Shown in pieces: positions 26,930-39,195 of a DNA stretch of 64,000 bases. The DNA comes from Callorhinchus milii (Eukaryota), in the NCBI RefSeq assembly GCF_018977255.1, contig NW_024704742.1:113896001-113960000 (forward strand), written 5' to 3'. The notes below the pieces were generated by a model. It was not told the DNA's origin. It did not search any database and saw only the letters and a program-made list of their open reading frames with translations. How positions within the stretch are numbered: position 1 is the stretch's first letter; each line of letters starts with the position of its first letter. A program made the translations under genes and the position numbers.

Positions 26930-27250
26930 TCGTTGAAGGTACCATTCTTCAAATAAGACATTAAACCAAGGTTACAATCTGCCTGTTCAGATAGATTGCT
27001 AAAGATCCCATGCGACCTTTCAAAAGGGAGTTTAGCCAATATCCTGGCTAACAATGTCTCAAAACTGGTCGCTCATTTCATGGCTGTTTGTGGGCCATTG
27101 CTGTGTGTAAATTTTGCCTACAAAATATGCAATCACATTATATTTTACATTTTGCATTACATTTTATATTTTACAATATATCATGTAAACTGCTTTGAGA
27201 AATCCTCCTGATGTGAAAGGTACTATATCAAATGCAAGGATTATTATTAT
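26930..27250 (+). mobile_element. Older Deu-SINE (partial)
   Basis: Deu body and caaatgcaaggattattatt tail. Confidence 0.75.
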
Positions 27251-27398
27251 TGTAAACTATAAAGCTTGGGCTGGAGAAGCTGCTTTAATAATCAGACTAG
27301 GGCAAGTGGGACCAGACCAAGGATACCAAGATATTAAGATGTATTCACAGTTTAACCACTTTTGCAACAAGGATTATGTGCAGACCCCAGAAATTATT

Positions 27399-27890
27399 AC
27401 ATAGATTCATAGAGATTTTCATAGAATGTTATGGCACAGAAGGAGGCCATTCGGCCCATTGAGTCTGTGCCGGCTCTTTGACAGAGCAAGTCACTTTCAC
27501 TAACCCCAATCACCAGCTTTCTCCCCATACCCTGCAAACCCGTCTTCCCCACATACCTATCCAGTTCTCTCTTAAAAGCTGTTATCGAATCGGACTTCAC
27601 TACCCTTTCAGGCAGATCATTCCAAATTCGAGCAACTCGCTGAGTGAAAAAAATTCTTCTAACCTCCCCTCTGCTTCTCTTGGTAGATATCTTAAGACTG
27701 TGACCACGGGTCACAGACACACCTACCAGCGGAAACAGCTTTTCCTTATCTAGCCTGTCGAAACCTTTCATGATCTTGAAGACCTCTATCAGGTCCCCGC
27801 ATACCCTTCTCTGGTCTAATGGGAAAAGTCCTTACTTCTCCAGCCTGTCCTCATAGCTAAGGTTCCCCATTCCCGGTATCATTCTCGTGA
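27399..27890 (-). mobile_element. CR1 LINE 3' end
   Basis: MKGFDRLDKEKLFPL...TRGHSLK...FFTQRVARIWNDLPE...FKRELDRY, plus CR1 3' UTR with ctatga repeats. Confidence 0.95.
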
Positions 27891-28188
27891 CATCTGTTCA
27901 AACATGGAGTATCAGAGACAGAGCAGTCGAAAATGCAATATGGCCAACCAGATTTGGGTCATTAATTGTAACTTCTGGATTATGAGATTCACAACAAGAT
28001 TCACAACAAAATAATAAGTACTTTGAGGCATAAGGTGTATAAAATGCAGGTTCTTTATATAAATATATATACGATATTGAGGTTTAATATAGTTTAATTG
28101 TCATTGAGGAGCAAAAGTGTTTCTAAATAAAGGAAATTAGCACTGAAGCTTTTATTTGATTTAATTATATTTGATTATATTTAATTTG

Positions 28189-28843
28189 ACTTTCTCCAAC
28201 TCAACATCAGCAAGACCGAGGCCCTCCTAATTGGCTCGCGCCAGCGCCTCCGCACCTCAGGTGCTGGCAGCATCAACCTCCACGGCTGCACACTCAACCT
28301 CACTAAGCCAGTCAGGAACCTGGGTATCTTGTTTGACCCTGAACTGTCCTTTCTCCCCCTCATCCGCGCCATGACCGGCACTGCCTACCACCACCTCCGC
28401 AACAATAACAAAATTACATTTATAGAGCGCCTTTCACGTCGGGAGGACGTCCCAAAGAGTCCCAAAGCGGCCATACCTCGCTGACCTGCTGACTTCCTAC
28501 CAACCTGCCCGCTCCCTCCATTCATCAGGCTCCGGTCTGCTCCATGTCTCCCGCCCAATCTGCCGCACCATCGGTGGCCGGGCTTTCAGCCTCTCTGCCC
28601 CCACACATTGGAACTCCATCCCATGGTCCCTTCACCTTGCTTCCTCCCTAGCCTCCTTCAAGGCCGGTCTCAAGACCCTTCTCTTCGACTATGCCTTCGG
28701 TCACCCTCCCACCTCTCTGCCTTCCCTCACCCCTACACCACCCCTCCCCCATGCTCGGGCCCCGACATCTGACTGTTCAGCGCTTTGGGACATCCTCCCG
28801 ATATGAAAGGCGCTTTATAACTGTAATTTTGTTGCTGTTGTTG
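28189..28843 (+). mobile_element. L2 3' part with an inverted L2 tail (28401-28469) replacing an internal segment
   Basis: Colinear with the 11544 copy except for the inverted hairpin insert and a deletion. Confidence 0.9.
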
Positions 28844-28984
28844 ATGTACGCATTACCCCGATGTCCATTTATAACACCTTATGGGGTTTAGGTTCTGTTT
28901 CTGTTTGTTGGTAAATTTATGAATCTAGGCAGTGCTTGTTTATGGTATGAATTCCCTTTTAGATAGTCACATTGACAACAACAT

Positions 28985-29490
28985 GGGGGAGGGGGAAGTG
29001 ACGAAGAGGAAAGTCTTCAGGTGCGACCTGAAGATGGGGAAGGAAGGGGCAAGGCGGAGGGATAGAGGAAGAGTGTTCCAGAGCTTCAGGGTATAGTGGC
29101 TGAAAGCGCAGCCACCAATGATGGAACGGAGGGCACGAGCGACATGCAGAAGGCCAGAGCCAGTCGAGCGGAGGTAGCAGGTTGTTGTTTAGGGTTAATC
29201 AGGTCAGAGAGGTAGGGAGGTGCCAGGGCATGAAGGGGTTTGAAATCGATCCATTCGGTGATAGGGAGATAGTAGAGCCTGGCTAGAACTGGTGTGATGG
29301 AGGTACGGAGTTTAGTGCAGGTGAATATGCGAGGGGCGGAGCTTTGGATCAGCTGGATCCTGTGCATGGTGGAGCTGGGGAGTCCAGCAAAGATGGCATT
29401 TGAGAAGTCGAATCGAGAGGTGACAAACGCATGGACGAGTGTTTCGGCTGCATCTGGTAGTAAGGTTTGGTCGGAGGTGGGCAATTGCCA
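28985..29490 (-). mobile_element. L2 fragment
   Basis: AETLVHAFVTSRFDFSNAIFAGLPSSTMHRIQLIQ. Confidence 0.92.
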
Positions 29491-29913
29491 AAGTCATTGA
29501 GTTTACTGGCAAACAATGTAGCTTTTCTTATCTCCTCTTGGTGCTGTATGAATCTAACAGTCCTTAGTACATCACCTAAGTGGCTATTCATCATGAGTGA
29601 ACTTAGACAGTCTGCGTCAATAGGTTAATTTGACCAAGTGCAAGGATGTTTATTATTATTATTATTGTAGTTCAAACTGACCATGTGCTCATCCTACATT
29701 CTCTCTTGGGGGGAGCACAGTGAAAGAGATAGGTCTTTGGATGGGTTTTGTAAGCAGAAAGAGAGGGTGCAAGACAGAGGGAAGTCAAAAGTGAGTTTCA
29801 GAGGTTGGGGACAAAATGTCTGAAATCTCGTCCGCTGGTGGTGGGGTGGAATGGGTGGCAGGCAGGAAGCAGACAGAGTTGCTGGAAAGAAGTGTGGCCA
29901 AAGGAGTAGGGTT

Positions 29914-31560
29914 ATAATCTTGAAAACTTCTATTAAGTCTTCTCTTAATCTTCCCTGTTCTAAGGAGAATAATTCTAGCTTCTCTAACCTCTCATGACAA
30001 CTGAGGTCCCTCATTCCTGGTACCATCCTAGTAAATCACCCCCTCTAATGCCTTGACCTCTTTCCTAAAGTGTGGGGCCCAGAACTGAACACAGTACTCT
30101 CGCTGAGGCCTAACCAGTGTTTTATAAAGGTTCATCATAACTTCCTGACATTTGTATTCTATGCCCCTATTTATAAAGTCTAGTATCCCATATGCTTTTT
30201 TAACAGCTTTATCTGCCTGTCCTGCCAGCTTCACAGATTTACTTGTATGAACCCCCAGGTCTCTCTGTCCCTTCACCCCCTTTAAGATTGTACCATCAGC
30301 TTATATTGCCTCTCCTCATTCTTCCTCCCAAAATGCATCACTTTGCATTTGTCTGCATGAAACTTCATCTGCCGCGTGTCTGCCCATTTTACCAGTCTGT
30401 CCATGTCCTCTTGCAGTCTGCTACTATCCTCCTCACTGTTTACTACTTTTCCTAACTTAGTAACATCTGCAAACTTAAAAATTGTATTCCCTATACCCAA
30501 GTCCAGGTCATTTATATAGATCAAAAACAGCAGTGGTCCCAATACTGACCCTTGGGAGACACCACTGCACACTTCCCTCCAGTCAGAAAAACAAATGTTC
30601 ACCAAGACTCGCTGCTTTCTGTCTCCCAGCCAGTTCTGTATCCATGCTGCCACTGTCCCTTTAATACCGTAGGCTTCTATTTTGCTTGCAAGTCTCTTAT
30701 GTTTATCAAACGCCTTTTGAAAATCCATATAAACTACATCAACTGCACTACCTTCATCCACCCTCTCCGTTACTTCATCAAAAAACTATCAAGTTTGTTG
30801 AACACAATTTGCTGAATTATAGTCTCTAGAAGTTTCCCCGCTACTGATTTTAGGCTGACTGATTTGTAGTTGCCGGGTTTATCCTTCTGCCCCTTTTTGT
30901 ACAGGGGAGTAACATTTGCAACCCTCCAGTCCTCTGGCACCACCTTGGTGTCCAAGGAGGATTGAAAGATTGTGGTCAGAGCCTCCAATATTTCCACCCT
31001 AACTTCCCTCAGTAACCTAGAATGCATCCCGTCCAGACCGGGTAATTTATCTACCTTGAGCACCATGAACCTTTTTAGTACCTCCTCTTGGTTTAATCTT
31101 ATTTTATCCAATTTCTCTACACTCTCTTCTGATATTGTGGCATTTGCTGCATCCATTTCTTTTGTGAAGATAGATGCAAAATACTCGTTCAGTACGTCAG
31201 CCATGTCCTCTGCCTCCACAAGAAGATTTCCTCTATGATCCTTAATTGACTCCACCCTACATTTGACTAGTCTTTTATTCTTTATGTGCTGATAAAATAC
31301 CTTAGGGTTCCCTTTTATGTTACTTGCCAATCTTTTCGCATACAATCTCTTTACCCTTCTTATTTCCCTTTTCAGTTCTCCTCGGTACTTTCTATATTTT
31401 ATTTGATTATCTTGTGTATTTTGGACCTGACATTTATCATAAGCCCCCTTTTTCAATTTTATTTTAATCCCAATTTCCTTCAATTCATCCAGGGAAGTTT
31501 GGATGCCCTACCTTTCCCTTTGTGGGAATGTATTTGTTCTGTCCATGAACTATCTCCTCA
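29914..31560 (-). mobile_element. CR1 LINE ORF2 fragment (disrupted reverse transcriptase)
   Basis: Consecutive ORFs with NPKVFY, PGLDGMH, VPEDWRVANVTPLYKKG, YMDFQKAFD, GVSQGSVLGPLLFLIYINDL and FADVTKL (degenerate YADD box); frameshifts and deletions. Confidence 0.97.
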
Positions 31561-32132
31561 TTGAAGGCATTTGAAGGTAAGGATGAAGATATTAAGTCAA
31601 TCCACCAAGGACTAGGGAGTCAGTGGTTCCTGGTGAGGACAGGGGTTGATGGAACGAAGTGCAGGAGAGGATGCAATTCTATTCCCAAACTTAATTTGGC
31701 ACCACCTATGCTGATCTAATTGATACCAATATGTAGCATGTTTCTGCATCGGTGCCAAATTTACATTAATCCAAAGGGAAGGGAATATTTTTGTATAACA
31801 CAGGAAGTATAATCCTTCAAAATCTTTGACTGACCTTCATAGAAGTGCTGTAAAAACAAAAATTAGTAAAAGACACTTGGGAACTGTTATGTACATTACA
31901 GGGATTAAGGCCAATAAGCCATTTCATTTCTCTAACTCTAATGATGACTTAAGTGGTATATTGACACTGCCTCTTGTTGGAATCAGAAATGTTTTAGTTC
32001 AATTAGAAATGCTTATGCTCGTTGGTCTGTATTGGAATGATTCGTAGACACTATAAGCCTAATTAAATTGAGTTGAATTGTTGAATTCATATCTAAGGGG
32101 TTAGGGATATGTTGGTATAACTTGTGATAAAA

Positions 32133-32178
32133 TGTTATGGGAAAATGTCAGTATGTGTTATGGGAAAATGTCAGTATG
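32133..32178. repeat. Perfect 23-bp tandem duplication
   Basis: TGTTATGGGAAAATGTCAGTATG twice. Confidence 0.9.
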
Positions 32179-32647
32179 TGCCTTGAAGAGTTAAATTGTT
32201 CAGAAGTAAGAATTGTGTTTATTACAGCTGCAGCTTTCTTGTTAGCTGTTGATGTAAAGGTCCTGTATTTTAATCAGAATCGGCTCATGGGTCCCCATAC
32301 ACAAGGATGGTCCCAGCCTGTTTAAACAGCTATCACGCGGGTGACATTGTGCAGTTTCACATGGGCCATCTTAGTGTTTAAAAAAAAGGACAGTGATAAG
32401 AGGTATAGCTAAGCTATATTCTGTTCAGTCAGAATTGGTCATCCTGTGTGTTAAGTCGGAACTGATGAGAGCGAGTACATCACTCGCTTCCCGCGCTTTA
32501 CGCTCCCACTCAACTTTGACTGTTCCAGCAATTCCTGTAACATCAAAAAAGGAACAAGAAGAAAACTGATGATACAGGAATGCAGCTGAAACACAACTGC
32601 TAGAGATATAGACTTTTAGTCCTTTAATTCGGTGCCTGCTATTATCA

Positions 32648-33266
32648 GGCCGCAGGCCGCTGAAACCCTCATACATTGAGGCTCAACTATGCAAACTCAT
32701 TGCTTGTCGGCCTCCCCAACTCCTCCCTCCACAAGCTGCAGATCATCCAGAACTCTGCAGCCCGTGTCCTCTCCCGCACTAGGCTCCATGACTCTATCAC
32801 CCCCATCCTTACCCAACTACACTGGCTTCCCATCACACAGAGGATACAGTTCAAGATCCTGGTCCTCACCTTCAAAGCCCTCCACGGTCTTGCTCCCCCC
32901 TACCTCCCCAACCTCCTAACCCCCTACCACCCTGTCTGCTCCCTCCACTCAGCGGGCTCTGCCCTGCTTCACGTCCCCCGCCTTGCTTGCCCCACTATTG
33001 GCAGATGGGCCTTCCGCCACTTTGCACCTACCTTCTGGAACTCCACCCCGCAGTCCCTTCACCTCTCCCCCTCCCTCCCCACCTTCAAAACCCACCTCAA
33101 AACCCTCCTCTTCGACCGTGCTTTTGATCTCCCTGCTTCTCTCCCTGCCCTCCACCCTCCCCCACCCCGACCCCAAGCTCGGGTGTGTAACTCTGTCTGT
33201 CCAGCACCTTGGGACGTCCTCCCGACATGAAAGGCGCTATACAAATTTAATTTTGTTGTTGTTGTT
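32648..33266 (+). mobile_element. 5'-truncated young L2
   Basis: LQIIQNSAAR...LHWLPITQRIQFKIL...LAPPYL...FKTHLKT, CTCCC-loop hairpin and (TTG)n. Confidence 0.96.
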
Positions 33267-33944
33267 ATCAGTGTGTCGTGCCAGTTAAAGTACCAGAGGC
33301 AACCTTCCCTAGTTCCATTTCCAGAGAAATGAGAAGCGAGAGAAGAAAGTGATGTTTGCCTACTGCTTATGAACTTACGAGCTTTATTGTCATTACAGTG
33401 ACATTGCTATATGTGAGCATAATAGTCATTATAATATTCAAGTGAGTTTAGTTCCCCTGTTCACTGGTTTTGAACATAAAATTCCGGCGTACCGAATAAG
33501 AGGGTCTTTTCTGGCCACACCTTTCATCTCAGATTTCAACAGAGTGGTTAACTCCAGTATGAACCGTACCTTCGAACCCAACACTCTTCTTAGTGGCACA
33601 CCACAAACAAGCATTAGCAGAAGAGTGGAATTACATCTTTAGGCACCACGTAATGGTAATTGGACTGAAACTAGGGTATGGATGCAATTTTGTAGGAAAT
33701 GAAGGGAAAGCAGATCATAATACTGCTGAATGACTTTACCTTGAGCCACAAACGATATTTTAGGGGAAGAGAGCGAATCTGCACCAATCAATATGACTAG
33801 GACTGAGTTTTACTTTACAACAACAAGAACAACTTGCATTTTGTATAGCACCTTTCACGTTGGGTAGCGTCTCGGAGTACTTAAAACAGAGATTGTCATT
33901 CAAGATTAATAGGTCATTCACCTCATTACAGTTTGTAACGATAT

Positions 33945-34400
33945 GATAATTCTTGCATTTGAAAAAGTGCCTTTCGCTTCGTCGAGACGCCTCAAAGTGC
34001 TTCACTGGATTTTACTGTAAAATGTAGTGACTGTACTTGTAGTTGAATGGGACTGCCAACAAGCACACAACATTGTTCCACAAACAGCCATGAAGTGTGT
34101 AACCAATTTTATTTAAGGGATTGTTCGCCAAGACACTGGAAGAAACTCCCTTTAATTTTCAAATAGTGCCATGGGATCATTAATGTCCACCTGAACAGGC
34201 AAAATGGGTCCTGGTTTAATAACTCATCCAAAGTACAGCACCTCTGATAATGCAACCGCCCCCCCGCCACCTCAGCACTGCTTTGGAGTATCAGCTTGGA
34301 CTATGTGATTGCAAGTCCTGATGTGGGGCTTGAACCCACAGCCTTCTGACTCAGAGGCAAGAGTGCTACCACTGAGCCAGGCTACCACTGAACCATGCTG
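33945..34400 (-). mobile_element. Full-length older Deu-SINE
   Basis: Reverse-complement match to the 2581 copy including tRNA head. Confidence 0.88.
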
Positions 34401-35039
34401 ACAACATAGGTTGTGTGAATATTCAATACATTTTCGTTCTATTAAATTTTCAGATTACTGTAATTTTGCTGAAGAAAAATAGTGGTGCATGACATGAAGA
34501 GCTAAAGTGGCCAATTGTAATAAATTTGTATCTGCCCTCCATTAAAGATTCAAAACACAGTGGTCCAGAATCATATTAAATTATCTACATGCTTCTTGTT
34601 CCAATAATGACAACTTCAAAGGGATAAGAAACATTTCTCTTATTATGACTAGATCTTTTTGTAGCAATGATCATGTGGTTTCTTTGTAGTTTAAGACTAA
34701 ATAAATCAGGAACTTTCTAAATATGGAGTGATTCATTGAAAAATTTCATGCTTCTCCTACATTCAAAACAAGTTGAAAATTAATGTATTATGTTTTACGA
34801 TTGGCTTTTAGAAAATAAGAAATCCAGCAACTAAAGGGTTAATGTAATGTTTTAAATAATAGATAATACATGTGTTTGATATGGTGCCTCATCACAACAA
34901 CTTTACAACAACTTTCACTTATATAGCACCCTCCACTCAGGGTAGCATCTCAGAGCGCTTGAATTGTTGGATTGTTGGATCACATCAAAGAGCAATACTT
35001 TGAAGAAAGTTCCTGATTTCTTTAGTATAGTGATGAAGC

Positions 35040-35390
35040 CAATCACAGCAGTTCAATTGCACCTGTAATGTTCAATAAATATCAATAAGATGAATGACCA
35101 AATTTAATTGCATTTTTTCATGATGGTGGAATATTGGTTAAGGCACTAGTAGACCTCCCAGTTGTTCAAAAAAGTGTTGTAGAATCTTCATTCTCCACAC
35201 AAACAATCAGAACATAGCCTGAGTTTAAAGTCTCTTCCAAAGGACAGCACCTCCAACAATACAATGCTCCTTCAGGATTGCATTGGAGGTTTTTTGTGTG
35301 CAGGAATAGACTATGAGATCAAGTTGTGGTGTGGGGTTTAAAACCACAACCTTCAGTTCCAAAGGCAAGCGTGTTGCCAAGTGAAACAAG
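35040..35390 (-). mobile_element. Decayed Deu-SINE
   Basis: cagcacctccaacaatacaatgctccttcag and other Deu-body text. Confidence 0.65.
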
Positions 35391-35848
35391 CTGCCGTTCT
35401 GTCTGATAGGGGAAAGTATTAAAGAGGAAATGCGGTAGAACACAGAAAAAGAGACTTCAACATGGTTTATCTCTCTAGGAGTTACACATTCATGAAAAGG
35501 TCACTGAACAGTCTGGTAAAACATCCAGTTAGATCGTATTTAATCTTGATGCAAAGTCATCTGGAATAAAGCAATTACATTTCTGATTGTGTTAGTATTT
35601 ATGACAATTGTTTAAAAGTTCTTTCACATCTCCTTTTTGATTCAGCCCAAATGTTGTTTATGTATGCGCTGAAGATATTTCTACATCATACATGGTTTGC
35701 AATTGACGTCTGCTTAAAGATGGATATGAAACACAATGCATTGTAAGAAAGGAAAGAAAACATATACAACACAGATCGATAATCTTCATCCCTCAGTCAA
35801 TACAACTACCAGTTCCTAATCATTTTTAAACTTTCAGTTAAGGTTAGA

Positions 35849-35913
35849 TTCAGCGCCTTGGGACGTCCTCCCGACGTAAAAGGCGCTCTATAAATGGAAT
35901 CTTGTTGTTGTTG
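35849..35913 (+). mobile_element. Hairpin-only L2 3'-end insertion
   Basis: TTCAGCGCCTTGGGACGTCCTCCCGACGTAAAAGGCGCT and (TTG)n in otherwise unique DNA. Confidence 0.88.
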
Positions 35914-36873
35914 TAGATGCAAAGTTAGATGCAAGCTGCAAATTAAAGGAATAAATTATGTAGTGTTGTGCTTATCTATGCATTTGGTACATAAAAAAAA
36001 TTGGTAACTGTTAGTGGGACATTGCTATGTGCAATTTGCTTCCACGTTTTACCAACATTATGTACAGTCACTCCATTTTACACTATATTTTGTGAAGCAC
36101 TTTGGGACGTTTCAATGTCTTGATGAGGGGCTATATCAAATGCAAGGTTTATTATTATTATTTATGGTTTATTGTTTGGGGAATCTTTTGGAATTCCATG
36201 GTTTTGATCAAATTATTCTATGATTAAATCCCAATGTCTGGAGCCATATTGTATAACTTCATTGACTGTACAATGCACAAAAGAATATGTGCTGAATCAT
36301 CAGCTACATTATAACTGTGAGTATAATATTCTTGTGACTCAATTTACTGTGAAAAACCACAAAAAGAACTTTTGCTTTATAACTTGATCAGCAGCAGTTA
36401 AAACATTCCTCAAAATGATCCCTTTATAATCCGCCTAACTACGTGCCAAATCCCATATTTGCTCAAAGAATGTATAGATATTCCTCCCACGGGGTGGTGG
36501 AGTGACATATGTTTTAATGAAAAGCAGCCAAGCTTCATTTTGCAAAAGTGGCTCAAACTCTTACAGTTTCTCCCTGGGACCCTAGTGCATCAAAGCACTC
36601 ACCTCATGCTGTCTCACTCACTCACCTCATCAAAGAAGAGAATAGAGGGTATGGGAGAGGGTTTAGGAGGGTTGGAGGCTTGTGAGCACTATAAACACCA
36701 TCACAGGCTAGTTGGGCTCAATGGCTTGTTTCTGTGCTATGATGTTCTATGTAATTATATGCTTTGATTATGTCTTAAAGGTGCAGTGGTAACTGGTACT
36801 TGGGTATCACATTCGATAACTGTGCCTAGAATACGGTCAGTTTTCTTTCTCTGTGGTAAGTCCTGTAGTCCTT

Positions 36874-37243
36874 GGAGTCCTGTAGCTTAGTGGTTAGAGC
36901 ACTCACCTCGCAAGCGAAATGACCTGGGTTTGATTCCCGGGGCAGGGCAAAACGTTAGGCAAGTTTCCTTACCCCCATATCCCTCTATTTACCAAGCAGT
37001 AAGTAAGAATCTGCTTGTTAGTCAATTGCCGGATCACTTTTCCAAGGGTAAAAATCCCTTTCAAAAAATTATAATTTGGTCACTCAATCCATGACTGTGT
37101 GTGGGATGCTGCTGTGCACAATTGGCTGCCACATTTTGCTCACAAAATATACAGTCAATTTACTTTACACTGTATCCTGTGAAGCGTTTTGAGACGTCTT
37201 GAAGTCATGACAAGGTGCTATATCAAATGCAAGGATTATTATT
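36874..37243 (+). mobile_element. Composite SINE, long variant, full length
   Basis: GGAGTCCTGTAGC head, the ~62-bp block and (ATT)n tail. Confidence 0.93.
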
Positions 37244-37543
37244 AAAAGACCACTTCCTGTTGGCTGAAGTGATGCAAATTTGGATTCCTTTTGGAATCTG
37301 ATTGCAAAGGTCACAGACTTCAGAACTCCAAATAGTCCATTGCACTAGGTGTTGCAATTGTTCGTAATTCAAGGAACACAGATTATACTATTCTAATCCC
37401 CACCACAGTCATTTGTGGATCAAATGACAGCGTTTTAAAGTAGATCCTTCTCTCCCCTTCTTTGTCCAGGTAAGAAGTACAGTGGTCATTGAGTGGGTAG
37501 GCTCTAACATTATTTAATGAAAAGCAGCCAAGCTTCATTTTGT

Positions 37544-37859
37544 GGAGTCCTGTAGCTCAGTGGTTAGAGCACTCGCTTTGCAAGCGAGAGACCTGAGTTC
37601 AATTCCAGACAGGGCAAAACCTTGGTCAAGTTTCCTTACACCACATGCCTAATAATAATCCCTCCAAAACAAAAAACAATAATAAATTGGTCATTTTCAA
37701 TCCACGACTGTTTGTGGGACATTGCTGTGCACAATTGGCTGCCGCGTTCGCCCACAAATATACAGTCAATTCACTTTACAGTATATTCTGTGAAGCGCTT
37801 TGGGACGTCTAGAAGACATGAAAAGCGCTATATCAAATGCAAGGATTATTATTATTATT
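37544..37859 (+). mobile_element. Composite SINE, short variant (TAGAA loop), full length
   Basis: A box, CTCGC-TTTGCAA-GCGAG anticodon arm (Ala TGC), B box, Deu 3' half and tail. Confidence 0.97.
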
Positions 37860-38791
37860 TATATGTAATAGTTTCTAATGTGATGGATGTAGACCTCCCC
37901 TTCTCCATTACATCTCAGTGTTGATGGGTGCACAGCCCTCCAATAGACCAGAGGCCTCTTTGATGATGCTTGTGTGCTCGAATTCTACCAAGCACCCACA
38001 CCAGTCACAGGGCCCTTTGTGGCCTGGGTAGACCTACTGCCTAACTAGCCGCTCTGGATAACTAGGCGCTGAGCCCTTTTCCCTCGGAATAACAAGTTAT
38101 CATGAGTTTACTGTATGAATTGGGCAAAATTATAGTATTCATGAACAATCTCAAAATGACCCACTTAGTGTCATTATTTCGTATTTTGAAGCATTTAGTA
38201 ATCATTCATGCTGAGCAATATTGATGCTTCAGCCCACTGTCTCCTGTAGAGGGAACATACAAAATTAATAACATTGCAGAGGCAACTAAAGATAGGAAAG
38301 AGGAAACCTTGCAAGAACATAAAAAGATCTTAGAAATCAAAATCTAACATTGTCCATCTGCTCAATGTAAGCTGGATAACTGACTTGATTTTCATTAATG
38401 TAGACATTTTTTTTCAAATGAAGATCAGCTGTAGGTTTTAATTAGGAGAGGCTATTTTTAAATAATTATTCCCAAGGCTTTGAGTTCCTAACACCAACTC
38501 TGAGACCAATCTAACAAACTCCAGTCACAAGTCACTTGGTGTACACAACACCCTGCCACACTCCTTTTCGCTGCTGCAGTAGCAGGTATAGTATTTCAAG
38601 TATCCTCCCAATCTTGCCCACTTGGCAAGACTAACCCATTACCTAATACCATAGTTCTTCTCCAAGACAGCTTTGTATATATTTTTCTTTCCTCCTGCAA
38701 GGATCTCAACACTAACAAATAAAAGTGATGTTCCAATCGTAAAGTTTTGCTCATTCATTGCTGAGGTCAAACCATAGATAAATGCCAAGTT

Positions 38792-39195
38792 ACAACTACA
38801 ACAGTTTACATTTTGTATCGTCTTTCCTGACAGGAGAACATCCCAAGGCGCTGGACAGTCAAGGATTTGGACCCAAGCTGGGGGTTGGTATCTGGAAGAG
38901 AAAAGTCTTGAGATAGACCTTGAAGAGAGCAAGGGATGGAACAAGGTGAAGGGACTGTGGGATGGACTTCCAAAGGGTAGAGGCAGAAAGGTTGAAGGCC
39001 TACTTGCTGATTGTTGGGTGAACTGGGTGAGCGACGTGGAGCAGGAGGGAATAGACAGTCCTGTATAGAGTTAGCATGTCACAGACGTAGTGAGGAGGAA
39101 GGATGCGGGGTCTTTGAAGAAAAGGATGAGGATTTGGAACTCTATCCTCTGAGGAATAGGGAGCGAGTGGAGCCGGGCGAGGATGGTGGGAGTCC
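38792..39195 (-). mobile_element. L2 3' end
   Basis: Hairpin tail and decayed LAPY/RV-type coding text. Confidence 0.85.

Noticed and set aside
30770..31483. 237-aa ORF as a host gene or active element
   Set aside because: CR1 ORF2 fragment; adjacent frames are broken and the catalytic box reads FADV.
32462..32495. Hammerhead ribozyme (CTGATGA followed by a stem)
   Set aside because: The required GAAA core and third stem are absent.
37544..37615. tRNA-Ala gene
   Set aside because: It is the head of a SINE: no proper acceptor stem, and it runs directly into the SINE body.
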